A model generated the notes under the pieces. It ran no database searches. It saw only the letters and a list, made by a program, of their open reading frames with translations, and was not told the origin of the DNA. The translations under genes were made by a program, and so were the position numbers. Positions 10,194 to 21,600 of a DNA stretch of 64,000 nt are shown piece after piece. Source of the DNA: an uncultured Planctomycetota bacterium (lineage in GTDB: Bacteria > Planctomycetota > Planctomycetia > Isosphaerales > Isosphaeraceae); assembly GCA_963823665.1 (NCBI GenBank), contig CAWGMQ010000010.1, forward strand, positions 2,048,001-2,112,000. Reading direction: 5' to 3'. Positions within the stretch are counted from its first letter, which is position 1. Each line of letters opens with the position of its first letter.

Positions 10194-12605
10194 ATGATCG
10201 GCAACACGGTTCGCAACTATCGCATCGTCGCCAGGCTCGGCGCGGGCGGCATGGGGGAAGTGTTTCTCGCAGAAGACACACGGCTCGACCGGAAGGCGGC
10301 GATCAAGTTCTTGCCGGCCGAAGTGGCGAGCGACCCGGACCGTCGCCAGAGGTTCTTGACCGAGGCCAAAGCTGCTTCGGCGCTCAATCATCCGCACGTC
10401 TGCGTTGTGTACGACGTTGGGGAGACCGAAGATGGGCTGCCTTTCATCGCGATGGAGTTCGTGGAAGGGCTGACGCTCGGCGCGCTCGTGAACCAGGGAC
10501 GACCCGAGATCCCCACAGTCGTCCAGATCGCCGTCCAGGTCGCCGACGCGCTCGATGCCGCCCACTCCCGCCGGATCGTCCATCGTGACATCAAGCCCGA
10601 AAATATCAGCATCAATGAGCGCGGCGAGATCAAGGTCCTGGACTTCGGCCTGGCCAAGCGCATGTTCGAGGAATCCGCGGACTCGCTGGGAAAGACGGCC
10701 GACGCAGGGCAGACGCAGGACGGGCAGCTCCTCGGAACCCCCAGGTACATGAGCCCCGAGCAAGCGCTCGGCAAGGCCGTTGATCATCGCAGCGATCTCT
10801 TCAGTCTTGGCTCGGTCATCTACTTCCTGGTCACAGGCCGCCCGCCGTTTGCGGGGGCCAGCATGGGTGAAGTGCTGGACAACGTGGTCCACAAACAACC
10901 CGAGGCCCTGGCCCGTTTCAATTATGACGTCCCACCCGAGCTGGAACGGATCACGCTCAAGCTCCTGGCAAAACAGGTCGACCGCCGATACCAGTCGGCT
11001 CGCGATCTGCTTGTGGATCTCAAGAACCTGCACCGCGATTTCAATGACTCGCCGGCTCACCACCTGGCTGCGGCAACCCCGTCGATTCCGACACCGAAAG
11101 AGATCGCCGAGAGCGATATCGTCATCACCTACGCGAACCTGGATGACCGACCGGTCATGTCGGGGCGTCAGGGGTGGGTTTCGCAGCTCGAGCAAAACCT
11201 CCAGTTGCGCGTCGCGCAGCTTTCGGGTAAGCAGGTGGCCGTCGTCAAGCAGCCAGACGCGTCGGAGTCCGCCGACGTCGAATCGGCGATCCTCCAGCAG
11301 ATGCCGCAGGCCAAGACGGTCGTCTCGGTCCTCTCTCCCCCCTTCGCCCGGTCGAACGGGTGTCACCGGATGGTCGATACGTTCGCGAAGAGTACGCAGG
11401 CATCCGGGCGCTTCGAAGTCGGCAGTCGCTCGCGATTGTTGAATGTCATCAAGACGCCGGTGGACGCCGACGACTTGCCCCCCAACCTGCGTGCGCTTTA
11501 CACCGGTCTGGTACCCTACGAGTTCTTCGAGCGCGACCCGGTTTCGGGCCGGATGCGAGAATTCGACGAGGCGTTCGGAAGCACCGCTCTGCAACGCTTC
11601 CACGAGCGGGTTTATGACGTCGCCTACGACGTCTCCCAGGTGCTCAAATACCTGGGGGAAGGCCTCTCCGCTGGCGACAAGCGAACCGCGAATCCCAAGA
11701 CCATCTTTCTCGCCGCCACGACTTCGGACCTCGAACCGCAGCGCGATCAGTTGCGGCGCGAGCTGATCGAACTGGGGCACACGGTCGTCCCGAAGCAGCC
11801 GCTGCCCTTGGTTGCCAGCGAGCTGGTCGCGGTGGTGCAAAGTTGCCTCGTGCAGGCCGACGTCGCCATTCACTTCGTCGGTGAACACTTCGGACTCGTC
11901 CCCGAGGCGACTGATCTGTCGATGGTCGCTCTGCAGAACCAGGTGGCTGCCAGGTTCTGCGAGAACTCGTCGCTCAAGCGCCTGATCTGGATTCCCAAGG
12001 GACTAGTGCCCAGAGATGAGCGCCAGAGTTTGTTCATCCGTCAACTCGAGACCGATCCCCGCTCTGTCACCGGCGCCGAGCTGATCGCCGATACGCTCGA
12101 GAATCTCAAGGTGCTGTTACGCACCCGCTGGGAGCGAGAGCAGGCCGAGCGCGACAAGCCGGCACCAAAGCCGTCAGCCGGCGGCGCACCGCGCGTCTAC
12201 ATGATTTGCGACCAGAACGACGAGGCCGCACTCGAGCCGCTCGAAGACTTCTTCTACGCGCAGGGCATCGAGGTCAGCCTGCCGGGATTCGAGGCGGAAG
12301 AATCCGAGGTGCAGCAGATCCACATCCAGAACCTGCGCGATTGCGACGCGGCGCTCATTTATTACGGGGCAGCCGGCATGCATTGGGTGGACTTCAAGAT
12401 CCGGGACCTCCAAAAAGCGGCCGGCTATCGGGATTCGCGCCCCATACCAGTCAGCGCGGTCTATGTAGCACCTCCGTTCAATCACCGCAAGGAGCGCTTC
12501 AAGAGCGTCTCCACGGAAGTGATCCGGCAGGCGGAAGCCTCATTTGCCTCGGGATTACTCACGGAATTCGTCGCGGCCATCCGCCAGGCGAAGGAGGCCG
12601 TCTGA
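10194..12605 (+). CDS. Ser/Thr protein kinase fused to three TIR-like domains (TIR_2-like, DUF4062-like, TIR/SEFIR-like)
   Basis: Complete kinase (LGAGGMGEV, AIK, HRDIKPEN, DFGLAK, GTPRYMSPE); then DIVITYANLDD..WVSQL, TIFLAATTSDL..RDQLRREL..VGEHFG, RVYMICDQND..DCDAALIYYG. Confidence 0.88.
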   Translation: MIGNTVRNYRIVARLGAGGMGEVFLAEDTRLDRKAAIKFLPAEVASDPDRRQRFLTEAKAASALNHPHVCVVYDVGETEDGLPFIAMEFVEGLTLGALVNQGRPEIPTVVQIAVQVADALDAAHSRRIVHRDIKPENISINERGEIKVLDFGLAKRMFEESADSLGKTADAGQTQDGQLLGTPRYMSPEQALGKAVDHRSDLFSLGSVIYFLVTGRPPFAGASMGEVLDNVVHKQPEALARFNYDVPPELERITLKLLAKQVDRRYQSARDLLVDLKNLHRDFNDSPAHHLAAATPSIPTPKEIAESDIVITYANLDDRPVMSGRQGWVSQLEQNLQLRVAQLSGKQVAVVKQPDASESADVESAILQQMPQAKTVVSVLSPPFARSNGCHRMVDTFAKSTQASGRFEVGSRSRLLNVIKTPVDADDLPPNLRALYTGLVPYEFFERDPVSGRMREFDEAFGSTALQRFHERVYDVAYDVSQVLKYLGEGLSAGDKRTANPKTIFLAATTSDLEPQRDQLRRELIELGHTVVPKQPLPLVASELVAVVQSCLVQADVAIHFVGEHFGLVPEATDLSMVALQNQVAARFCENSSLKRLIWIPKGLVPRDERQSLFIRQLETDPRSVTGAELIADTLENLKVLLRTRWEREQAERDKPAPKPSAGGAPRVYMICDQNDEAALEPLEDFFYAQGIEVSLPGFEAEESEVQQIHIQNLRDCDAALIYYGAAGMHWVDFKIRDLQKAAGYRDSRPIPVSAVYVAPPFNHRKERFKSVSTEVIRQAEASFASGLLTEFVAAIRQAKEAV

Positions 12606-15600
12606 TGAAAACGGTTGACTCCCAGCCGGCCAATCCATTTCCCGGCCTTCGCCCGTTTCGCAGCGACGAGCACCATCTGTTCTTCGGCCGCGAGGAACAG
12701 ACCGCGGCGCTCTTGCAACTGCTGCGAACGAACCGATTCCTGGCGGTCGTCGGCACCTCGGGCAGCGGAAAGTCGTCGCTGGTGCGGGCCGGCATGATCG
12801 CCGAGCTTCACGGCGGCACCATGACCCGGGCCGGCTCGACCTGGGAGGTGATGATTCTCCGCCCCGGCGGCAGCCCCGTCGAGAATCTCGCGCGGGCGTT
12901 CGTCGAGTCCGATCTCTACGATCGGGAAGATCCCAGCACCCTGCCCCGGTTGCTTGCCACGCTCAACCGCAGCCGCTTCGGCCTGGTCGAAGCGATGAAA
13001 CAGTGCGAGCTGTTCGAACCGGGAACCAACCTGCTGGTCGTGGTCGATCAGTTCGAGGAACTGTTCCGTTTCCGGCAGCAGGGCGTCGATTCCGAGGAGA
13101 CGGCCGCCGCCTTCGTGAACCTGCTGTTGACTGCTAGCGAGCAGGCGGAATGGCCGATCTACGTGACCATCACGATGCGTTCCGACTATCTGGGTGACTG
13201 TTCCGAGATTCCCGGCCTGGCCGAAGCCGTGAACGATGGCGAGTACCTGATTCCCCGGCTGCTGCGCGATCAGAAGCGGGATGCGATCGAGAAGCCGATT
13301 GGCGTCGGCGGGGCGAATATCTCGCGGATGCTCGTGCAGCGACTCTTGAACGACGTGGGCGACGATCCCGATCAACTGCCGGTGCTGCAGCACGCGCTCA
13401 TGCGGATGTGGGATGCCTGGTCGACCGGCGGCGACGACGATCGGCCGATCGACTTCGCCGACTTCGAGGCGACCGGCGGCCTGGGGGCGGCGCTCTCCAA
13501 CCACGCCGATGAGATCTACGACTCGCTCCCTCACGACCGCCATCGGTCTGCCTGCGAGAAGATCTTCAAGACCCTCACCGAGAAGGGTGACGACAACCGC
13601 GGGATTCGCCGGCCGACGCGGCTGGTGCAACTCCAGGCCATTGCGGATTCCGCCCGCGACACGGTCACGACCGTGCTGGACGCCTTTCGCGGCTCGGGCG
13701 TGACGTTCCTGATGCCCGGCGCGGAGGTCCGCCTGGATGACCGAACGGTGATCGACCTGTCGCATGAGAGCCTGATGCGCGGCTGGCAACGGCTGCGGAT
13801 GTGGGTGGAGGACGAGGCGCAATCGGCGCGGATCTTCCGGCGGTTGCTGGACACGGCCCGGCTCTGGAGCGATGGGAAAGCCGGACTGTTCCGCGATCCC
13901 GATCTGCAGATCGCGCTCTCCTGGCGCGAGCAGGAGGCGCCCAATACCGATTGGGCCGAGCAATACGGCGGGCATTTCGAGACGGCGATCGGTTTTCTGG
14001 AGACCAGCAACGCGGACGCGGAGGCCGAACAGCAAGCCAAGGAAGCGGCCCGGCAGCGAGAACTGGAACAGGCGCGGCAGTTGGCCGAGGCCCAGCAACT
14101 GCGGCTGGAGCAGCAGCAGCGGGCGGCGCGCCGGCTACGCGTCATGATCGCCGGGCTCGCCGCGGTCGCGCTCGTTGCGGGCGCCGCCTGCGTCGTTGCG
14201 CTCTTCGCGAACCAGCGGGCGATCACGCTGGCGGCCGCGGCGCGGCATAACGAGGAGAGAGCCAGACAAAACGAAGAGAAGGCCAACCAGAACGCGACGC
14301 GAGCGGAGCAATCTCAGCAAGAGACGGCCAGCGCCCTCGCCCTCGTCGCGTCACAGAAGGCACAAGTCGAGGGAAGTCTGACCAAGGCCGAGACGGCCGA
14401 GCGGCTGGCGCGAGCCGCCGAGGAGGAGGGCCGGAAGCTACTCTACACGACCGATATGCGACTCGCCCCGTTTGTGTGGCGCGATGATCGGAGCACGGCG
14501 AATCAACTCCGCGATCTCTTGTCGAAACACATCCCCACCAGCATCTCGACCGTCGCCAAGCCCGATCTGCGCGGCTTCGAGTGGAACTACTACCAGCATT
14601 TACTCGAACATAACGCGGCGATTTTCTCGGGGCACGGCGTCTCCGTTGCCGGCGCTGCTTTCAGCTCGGGTGGTCGACTGGTTACCCTGGATCAGGAAGG
14701 CCAGGTAAGGCGATGGGAGCTGGATTCGCAGGACGAAGACACGGCAAATCGCCGCGACTTGCCCGGCGGCGCCACTGCTGGACTTCGCGTCTTATCTCCG
14801 AGCGGACGGCTGGCCGCGCTGGCTTCAGGCGATAAGATTCACGTATTTGACACGTCCACGGGCAAAGATACGTTTCAGATCGCTTCCGGCAATGTTTTTT
14901 ATCGCCGCCTGATTTTCTCGCGGGATGAAAAGAAGCTGGTCATTGTTGACGACAAGATTCGCTGGTGCGATGCCTCAAGCGGCGAGGTGATCGCATCCGT
15001 CGTCAATCAGGGGCTCACACAAGTAGCAAGTCTTGCCTTGTCCGCCGATGGTCTAACGCTGGCCGCGGTCGGCTACGCGCCCGGGGTTAACCCAGGATTC
15101 TTGATCCTTCGCCTGGACCCTACCACGCGCACAGTGACTTCGCTTGCAAAGGACCTCAAAGAGGAAGGTGAAGCATTGAATGCCTCCGCGCTCAGCCCCG
15201 ATGGCGAGCGGATTGCTGTAGGCTGTCAACTCAACGGATCGTTATTCGTTTGCGACACGGCCACAGGCCGCTCGATTGCGAGATTTGGGTCCGCGCACGC
15301 GTCGCCTATCTCGGCGATTGCCTTCTCAGGCGACGGCACGAAGCTGGCCACGGCCGATGTGGAAGGGACAATCAAGATCTGGGCCGACGCTCAGAAGCTC
15401 ACTTCGAAGAGCACAGCGCTCTGGACGCTCAAGGGTCATCAAGGCACGATCACAAGTGTCAACTTTTCGAGCGATGGCAAACGACTTGCAAGTGGTAGCG
15501 CGGACAAAACGGCCAGAGTCTGGGACCTGGAAAATGCCGGCGCGGCCATCCGGTCATTGGAACATTCCCGTGGTGATTGCTGGGTGGCGCGCTTTTCGGC

Positions 15601-18600
15601 TGATGGCCAGTTGATTGCCGCCGCCGACGGCAACCGCGTTCGTCTGTGGGACGCCGCCACGGGGCGACTCGTGCGGGACCTGTCGGCCGGCGACACGAGC
15701 CGGGTCTTCAGCGTGGCATTCTCGCCCACCGACAGCAACCTGCTGGCCACGGGACATGGTGGACAAGCGAATCTATCGTATGTCTCTCTGTGGGACATCC
15801 ATACCGGAACGGAAATAGCTCGGTTGCCGGGAGCGACCGACCTGCCCGGCTTCAAGGTTGCCGAAGAAAACGGGCCGGTCGGCGCGCTGGCATTTTCGCC
15901 CGACGGGAAATATCTGGTCGCCGGTTTCGGCTCAAAGTGGCTTCTATCGGCGGATAGTTCTCCCACTCCGCTGAAGGTCTGGGAGGTCGCCACGCGCCGC
16001 CTGATCCGCCGCCTTAATGGACACACCGGCTTCTGCGTTTCTCTCGACTTCTCCAACGATGGAAAGCTGCTAGCCAGCGGCAGCCGAGACGGAACGGCGA
16101 TCATCTGGTCAGCCCGGACCTGGAAGAGCACGCTGACGCTGCTGGATCCAGATCAGCGCTTGTCATTCGGCCGAGCTGGGCGGGGCATGGTCGATGATGT
16201 GGCGTTTTCGCCGGACGGCAAGATTCTAGCCCTGGCCAGCCGTGGGGGGAACGTCCAGTTGTGGGACGTCGCCTCCGGAAAACTTCTGCAAGCGCTCAAG
16301 GGACATTCCAACGCCGTCCAAGCCGTGGCGTTTTCGCCGGACGGTCGCACGCTGGCGTCGGGCGGCAGCGATCAAACGGTCCGCCTGTGGAATGTTGCGA
16401 CGCGGCGCGAACTGATGCAATTGGGTCAGGGCGGCATCGAGCTGGGTAATGTGACAACACTCGCGTTTTCGCCCGACGGCGAGCGATTGTTGACGGGAGG
16501 GGAGCACAGCACGCCTGCCTTCTGGTCCGCCGCGCCGATCGTGTGGAACGATCCAGGCCGCGCCGCCCTGAAACTGCGACTTCTGCTGAATTCGAACGCC
16601 GACTTCCCGAGCCGCATCCGGATGCTGTCCGAAAACCTGAGGCTGCACGAAGCGCTGGCGAAGCTCGACGCGAAGGATCGGCGCGTGCAGGCCGCGCTCG
16701 CCGCCACGCAGGCCAACTGGCACGCCTCGCGTCATGAATGGGCTCTGGCCGTTCGTGCCTTTGATCGGCTGGCGGCCGCCGACCCGTCGTCCCCGCCCGA
16801 CGCCTGGCTCCGTACGCCCGGACTGCTTCGTCTGGCGACGGCCCTCGCGCATCAGAATCGGCCTGCCGTGGCGGCCAAGCTATTGCAGGGAGGCGCGAAA
16901 CGCCGTAGCCAGGATGGGCTACCCACCGCCGCTCTACAGGTGGGAGTCGGCATTGCGTATGAAGAGGAGGAGTTGCATTCCCTTCGGGCGGCCGTCAATG
17001 AACGGCTCGCCGAACAGCCGCGAAACGCCGGACTTCTCGAACTGCGCGCCGAACTTGCGGGCCAGTGGTCGGATGCCAGGGCCCAGTTGGCCGACTACAC
17101 CGCCGCCATCGATGCCCTTTCGCCGCTGAAAGCCGAGGCCACAGCGGCCGATCTCGAGCGGCTGTACGGCCGCCGCGGCAACGCCCACGTCGCTCTGGAG
17201 CAGTGGCAAAAGGCCGTCGACGATTACGCTCGGGCCGTGGTTGACGCGACAACCGATGAAACTCTGCTATCCAACCAGGCGCTGGCACTTTCCGAGACGC
17301 TCCTTTCCTCCAAGCGATGGACCGTGATGAAACCGACCGAGATGAAATCAGCGCTGGGAGCGACTCTGGCATTGCAGGAGGACGGCTCCGCCTCGGTAAG
17401 TGGGAAGCTCCTGACCAAAGAGACCTACACGCTGGAATTCGAGGGCATTCCCAGGAAGATTCGAGCCATTCGCCTCGAGGCGCTCCGCGATGACCGGCTT
17501 CCGAACAGTGGGCCGGGGACGCATTGGTCCGGGAATTTTATCCTCAGTCATCTCGCGGTGTTCAGACCGGACGAAAGAGGTCCGGCAGCAACAAAGGAGG
17601 TCCCGCTGCGAGCCGTGTTTGCCACGTTCGAGGAACGCCGTGCCGAAACGTCCGTATCGAAAAAGGACCAGGATGCGGGCTGGAGCGTATCCCCCGCAAC
17701 GGGTAAGTCGCACAGCGCCATTTTCGCGATCGATCCCTACCAGGATAGAGTCGGCGCCGATCGACTCCGGATTGTGCTGGATTTTCGCCACTCTGACTCG
17801 ACCCCCGCGCTCCTCGGGCGGTTTCGTTTTTCGGTCTCTTCGGATGATCCAAAGGTCATCGCCAGTGAAGCAAGCACGCAACTGCGAGCGACGAACCTCA
17901 CCGATCCCTGGACAAAACTGGCCGCGGCTTACCGGCTCGCTGGCGATCAGCAGGCGATCGACGATCTGGTCGCGCGACGACCTCAAGCAGCGGGCGGCGT
18001 CGGCGACCTTTTCGCCGCGGACAGCGCCTGGGCCCGCGCGGTGGAAATCTACAGCCGGGGCCGCACGGCGAAGACGAACGACGCCCTATTGCTCTCGAAG
18101 CGGGCTCGCGCCTATGAGGCGCTCAAGAACTGGGAGGCCGCGGCAGCCGACTGGTCGCGGGCCGCGAGCGGGAATCCGGACGGGCCGCGGCTGCTCGCCG
18201 AGTTCGCAAGTCGACTTGCGGCCGGCGGCCCGGTTCCCTTGGCGAACGGTCAGTTCGAAAGGTCGCGAGCACTTTTCGAGGAGTCACTGCAAGCGGACCC
18301 TGGGAATGACCCGGTCGCTACGGAGCTGGCTCAACTTCTCCTGGACAAGCTCAGGCCCACGAAGCCGGATTGGGTCGTTCTCAGACCAGCCGAAACGAAG
18401 ACCGAAAATGGGACGTCGCTGACGTTGCAGGATGATGGATCGATTCTTGTTGCGGAGACGCCACCAGAGGTCGTCCGCTGGCAACCCGGTCCCACGCCGG
18501 TTCAGGCGCTGCGCATCGAGACCAGCACCCGTGCGGTCACACCCACCAACGGCGCCCCGCTATTCAACGAGTACCAGATCGTCGCGGCGAGCATGGCGGC

Positions 18601-21600
18601 TTCCGGATCCGGTGCCATACGGGGCCGGTTCGTGCGACTCGACCTGCCCGGGGACAGCAGTCGGTTTCCCAGGCACCCGGCGGAGCCCGATAAGAAAGTG
18701 ATCAACCTGGCCGAGTTGCAGGTGTTTCAAGGCGGTCAGAATATCGCCCTGGGGAAAAAGGCTCGGCAGTCGTCCATCTGGAGTGGGAGCGAGAGTCGAT
18801 TCCGGCCGGGAGGCGCCGTGGATGGCAATACGGTCGGTGATGATGATGGCAATCCCTACGCTCATACCGCGGAAAACGATCCGTGGTGGGAAGTCGATCT
18901 TGGCAGCGAAGAGGCGATCGAACGGATGGTTGTCTGGAATCGATCCGATGCCATCTTGTACTCACGCATGAATCATTTTCGTATCCGGGTGCTGGATCGC
19001 TCGCGAAAAGTTGTCTTCGAACGGGTCATCGAAAGGGCGCCGAGCCCTTCGAGAGAGATCGTCCCCCCGAAGCTTCTAGCGGAAGCGAACGCCGCGCTCA
19101 CCGGGGGAAATCAGCCGTTGATCGTGCGTTTGCCATTGAACCCGCACGAGGACGCGCCATCCCGCTTCCGCGTTTCGGTGGCTGACCGCCTTGTTGACTT
19201 GAGCCGGGAGGAAGAACGCGAGGAACGAGCGCAGCCGGGGTGGGCGGTGCTCAAACCGGCGGAATCGAAAACCCAACGTGGATCGAAGCTGACATTAGAC
19301 GAGGATGGATCGATTCTTGTTGATAGGAAACCAGAGACGGTTCGCTGGCAGCCCGGTCCCAGGCCGGTTCAGGCCCTGCGCATCGAGACCAGCAGCCGTG
19401 CATTCGCCCCCACCACCGGCGCCCCGCTTTTCAACGAGTACCAGGTCGTCGCGGCGAGCACGGCTGCTTCCGGATCCGGGGCCATACGGGGCCAGTTCGT
19501 GCGACTCGACCTGCCCGGGGACAGCAGTCAGTTTCCACGGCTCGCGAGCGATCTCGACAAAAAAGCGATCAACCTGGCCGAGTTGCAGGTTTTTCAAGGC
19601 GATCAGAACATCTCGCTGCGCAAGAAGGCTCGGCTGTCCAGCGACCTTGGCAATGAGCAGGTGGCCGAACTCGCCGTGGATGGAAATACGGCCGGTGACC
19701 AACCCCACATTGCCCATTCGGGATTCGAGAGTGCGCCCTGGTGGGAAGTGGACCTCGGGAGCGAACAGTCGATCGATCGGATGGTTGTCTGGAATCGACC
19801 CGACTGGGGGCTCTACAAACGCATGAGCCATTTTCGGGTCCGAGTGCTGGATCACTCACGAAGACTGGTCTTCGAGCAGGTCGTCGAACAAGCTCCGGCC
19901 CCTTCGGCAGAGATCGTTCCTCGGGCGTTGCCGGCGGAAGCGCTTCCCGCGCCGACCGGAGAAAACCAGCCGTTGATCCTGCGGTTGCCATCCCAGCCGG
20001 ACAACGACGCTCCGGCCCGCTTTCGCGTTTCAGTCGCCGCTCGGCTCCCTGATGTGGACCTGGATGAAAACCGCGAGGAGGCCATGAAAATTAACGACGT
20101 CGCGACGCGTCTGGCGGTCGCTTACGCGATGAACGGTCGCAATGACGAGGCGTCGCAGTACTTTGGCCGGGCACTCCAGCAGGCCGACGGTTATGAGGCA
20201 AGGACGCCGATCGTCGAATTCGCATCGCGTTTTGACGACGTGCTTTCCGCCTTGATCAAACAACAGCCTGAGGTTTCGCAATTGCAGTTGGCTTGGGCAC
20301 GACGTCTTGCGGAGCGGGGCAAGCAGCGTCTGGCCGAGAAGCAAGCGGCGAAAGCACTGACTGAGTTGGACGAATCCCGCAAGATTTTCACGCGGCTGCG
20401 CGGAAATGCCTTGGAAGGTGCCCACCCCGGTCGAGATGAAGACCGAAAACGGGTCCAAGCTGGAATTGCAGGAAGATGGCTCCGTTTTCGTTCACCAGCC
20501 CGCGAAGCGAGACACCTACACGCTCGTCTTCCGGACCGAACTGAAGGGCATCAAGGGCCTGCGTCTGGAAGCCCTGGCCGATTCCCGCCTGCCAAACGGC
20601 GGACCGGGGTGCTGGAACGATGGGAACTTCGTGCTCAGCGAACTGTCGCTGCACGCGGCCTCCGCCAAGAGCCACGACCAGCCAAGGCCCATCGTCTTAC
20701 GAAACGCGTGGGCGGATTTTAGCCAAGAAGGTTTCAACGTGCGTGGAACAGTGGATGGCAAAGGGTTGGGTTGGGCCATCGCGCCGGCATTTGCCAAAGA
20801 TCACATGGCAGTCTTTCAAGTAGCCGAGGAACTTGGCGACGGCCAGACCCTTCGACTCACGGTCCGGCTTAACCACAAGTTTCACTACGAGAAACACTTG
20901 CTTGGCCGCTTCCGCTTGTCGTTTACCAACGATGCGAATGCGACAACGTTGCAAGCGGCGCGAATTCGGCCGGATCTGAAAGACAGCGAGGTGGCGGACC
21001 TCTGCGTCGCCCTTGGAAAGGCCCATGCCCAGCTAGGTGGTAGCAGCGAGGCTGCTGCTTCCTTCGCCGAGGCTATTTCTCTGGCTGCCGACCGCGCCGG
21101 CAGAGCCAGGATCATTGAGGAGGCCGTGCCGCTCGAAGGTGTACTGGCCAAACTTGCGGACGGTGCGGCGGGCGATGGACGGTTCCAGGCCGAGCTGGCC
21201 CGACATTTCGCCGAACACGGCGATGCGCCAAGGGCGGACGCTTCGCGCACCAGAGCCCGCGCGGCGCTTGAAGAAAGCCTTGCCAAGGAGCCTGAGAGTT
21301 CCGCGGTGGTCGCGGAACTGAGCGACGTCCTGTTGCTGAACACCGCCGCCTGGACCGTTCTGAAACCGACTGCGCTGAAATCGGAAGGCGGGGCCGCCCT
21401 GACGCTCCAGCCGGATGGTTCTGTTCTGGCGAGCGGCGTCAACCCGGCCAAGGACGTATACGTCGTCAAGGCGGAGTTTCAGGGACCGATCGGGGCAATC
21501 CGACTCGAAGCTATCCCCGACTCAAGCATGCCAGGAGCCGGCTCTGGGCGGTATGGGAACGGGAACTTCATGCTCACCGATTTCCGGGTCCTGGCAGGGG

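Noticed and set aside
12206..12604. N-terminal extension of the 2838-aa ORF
   Set aside because: Overlaps the kinase gene; the real start is the coupled ATG at 12605.
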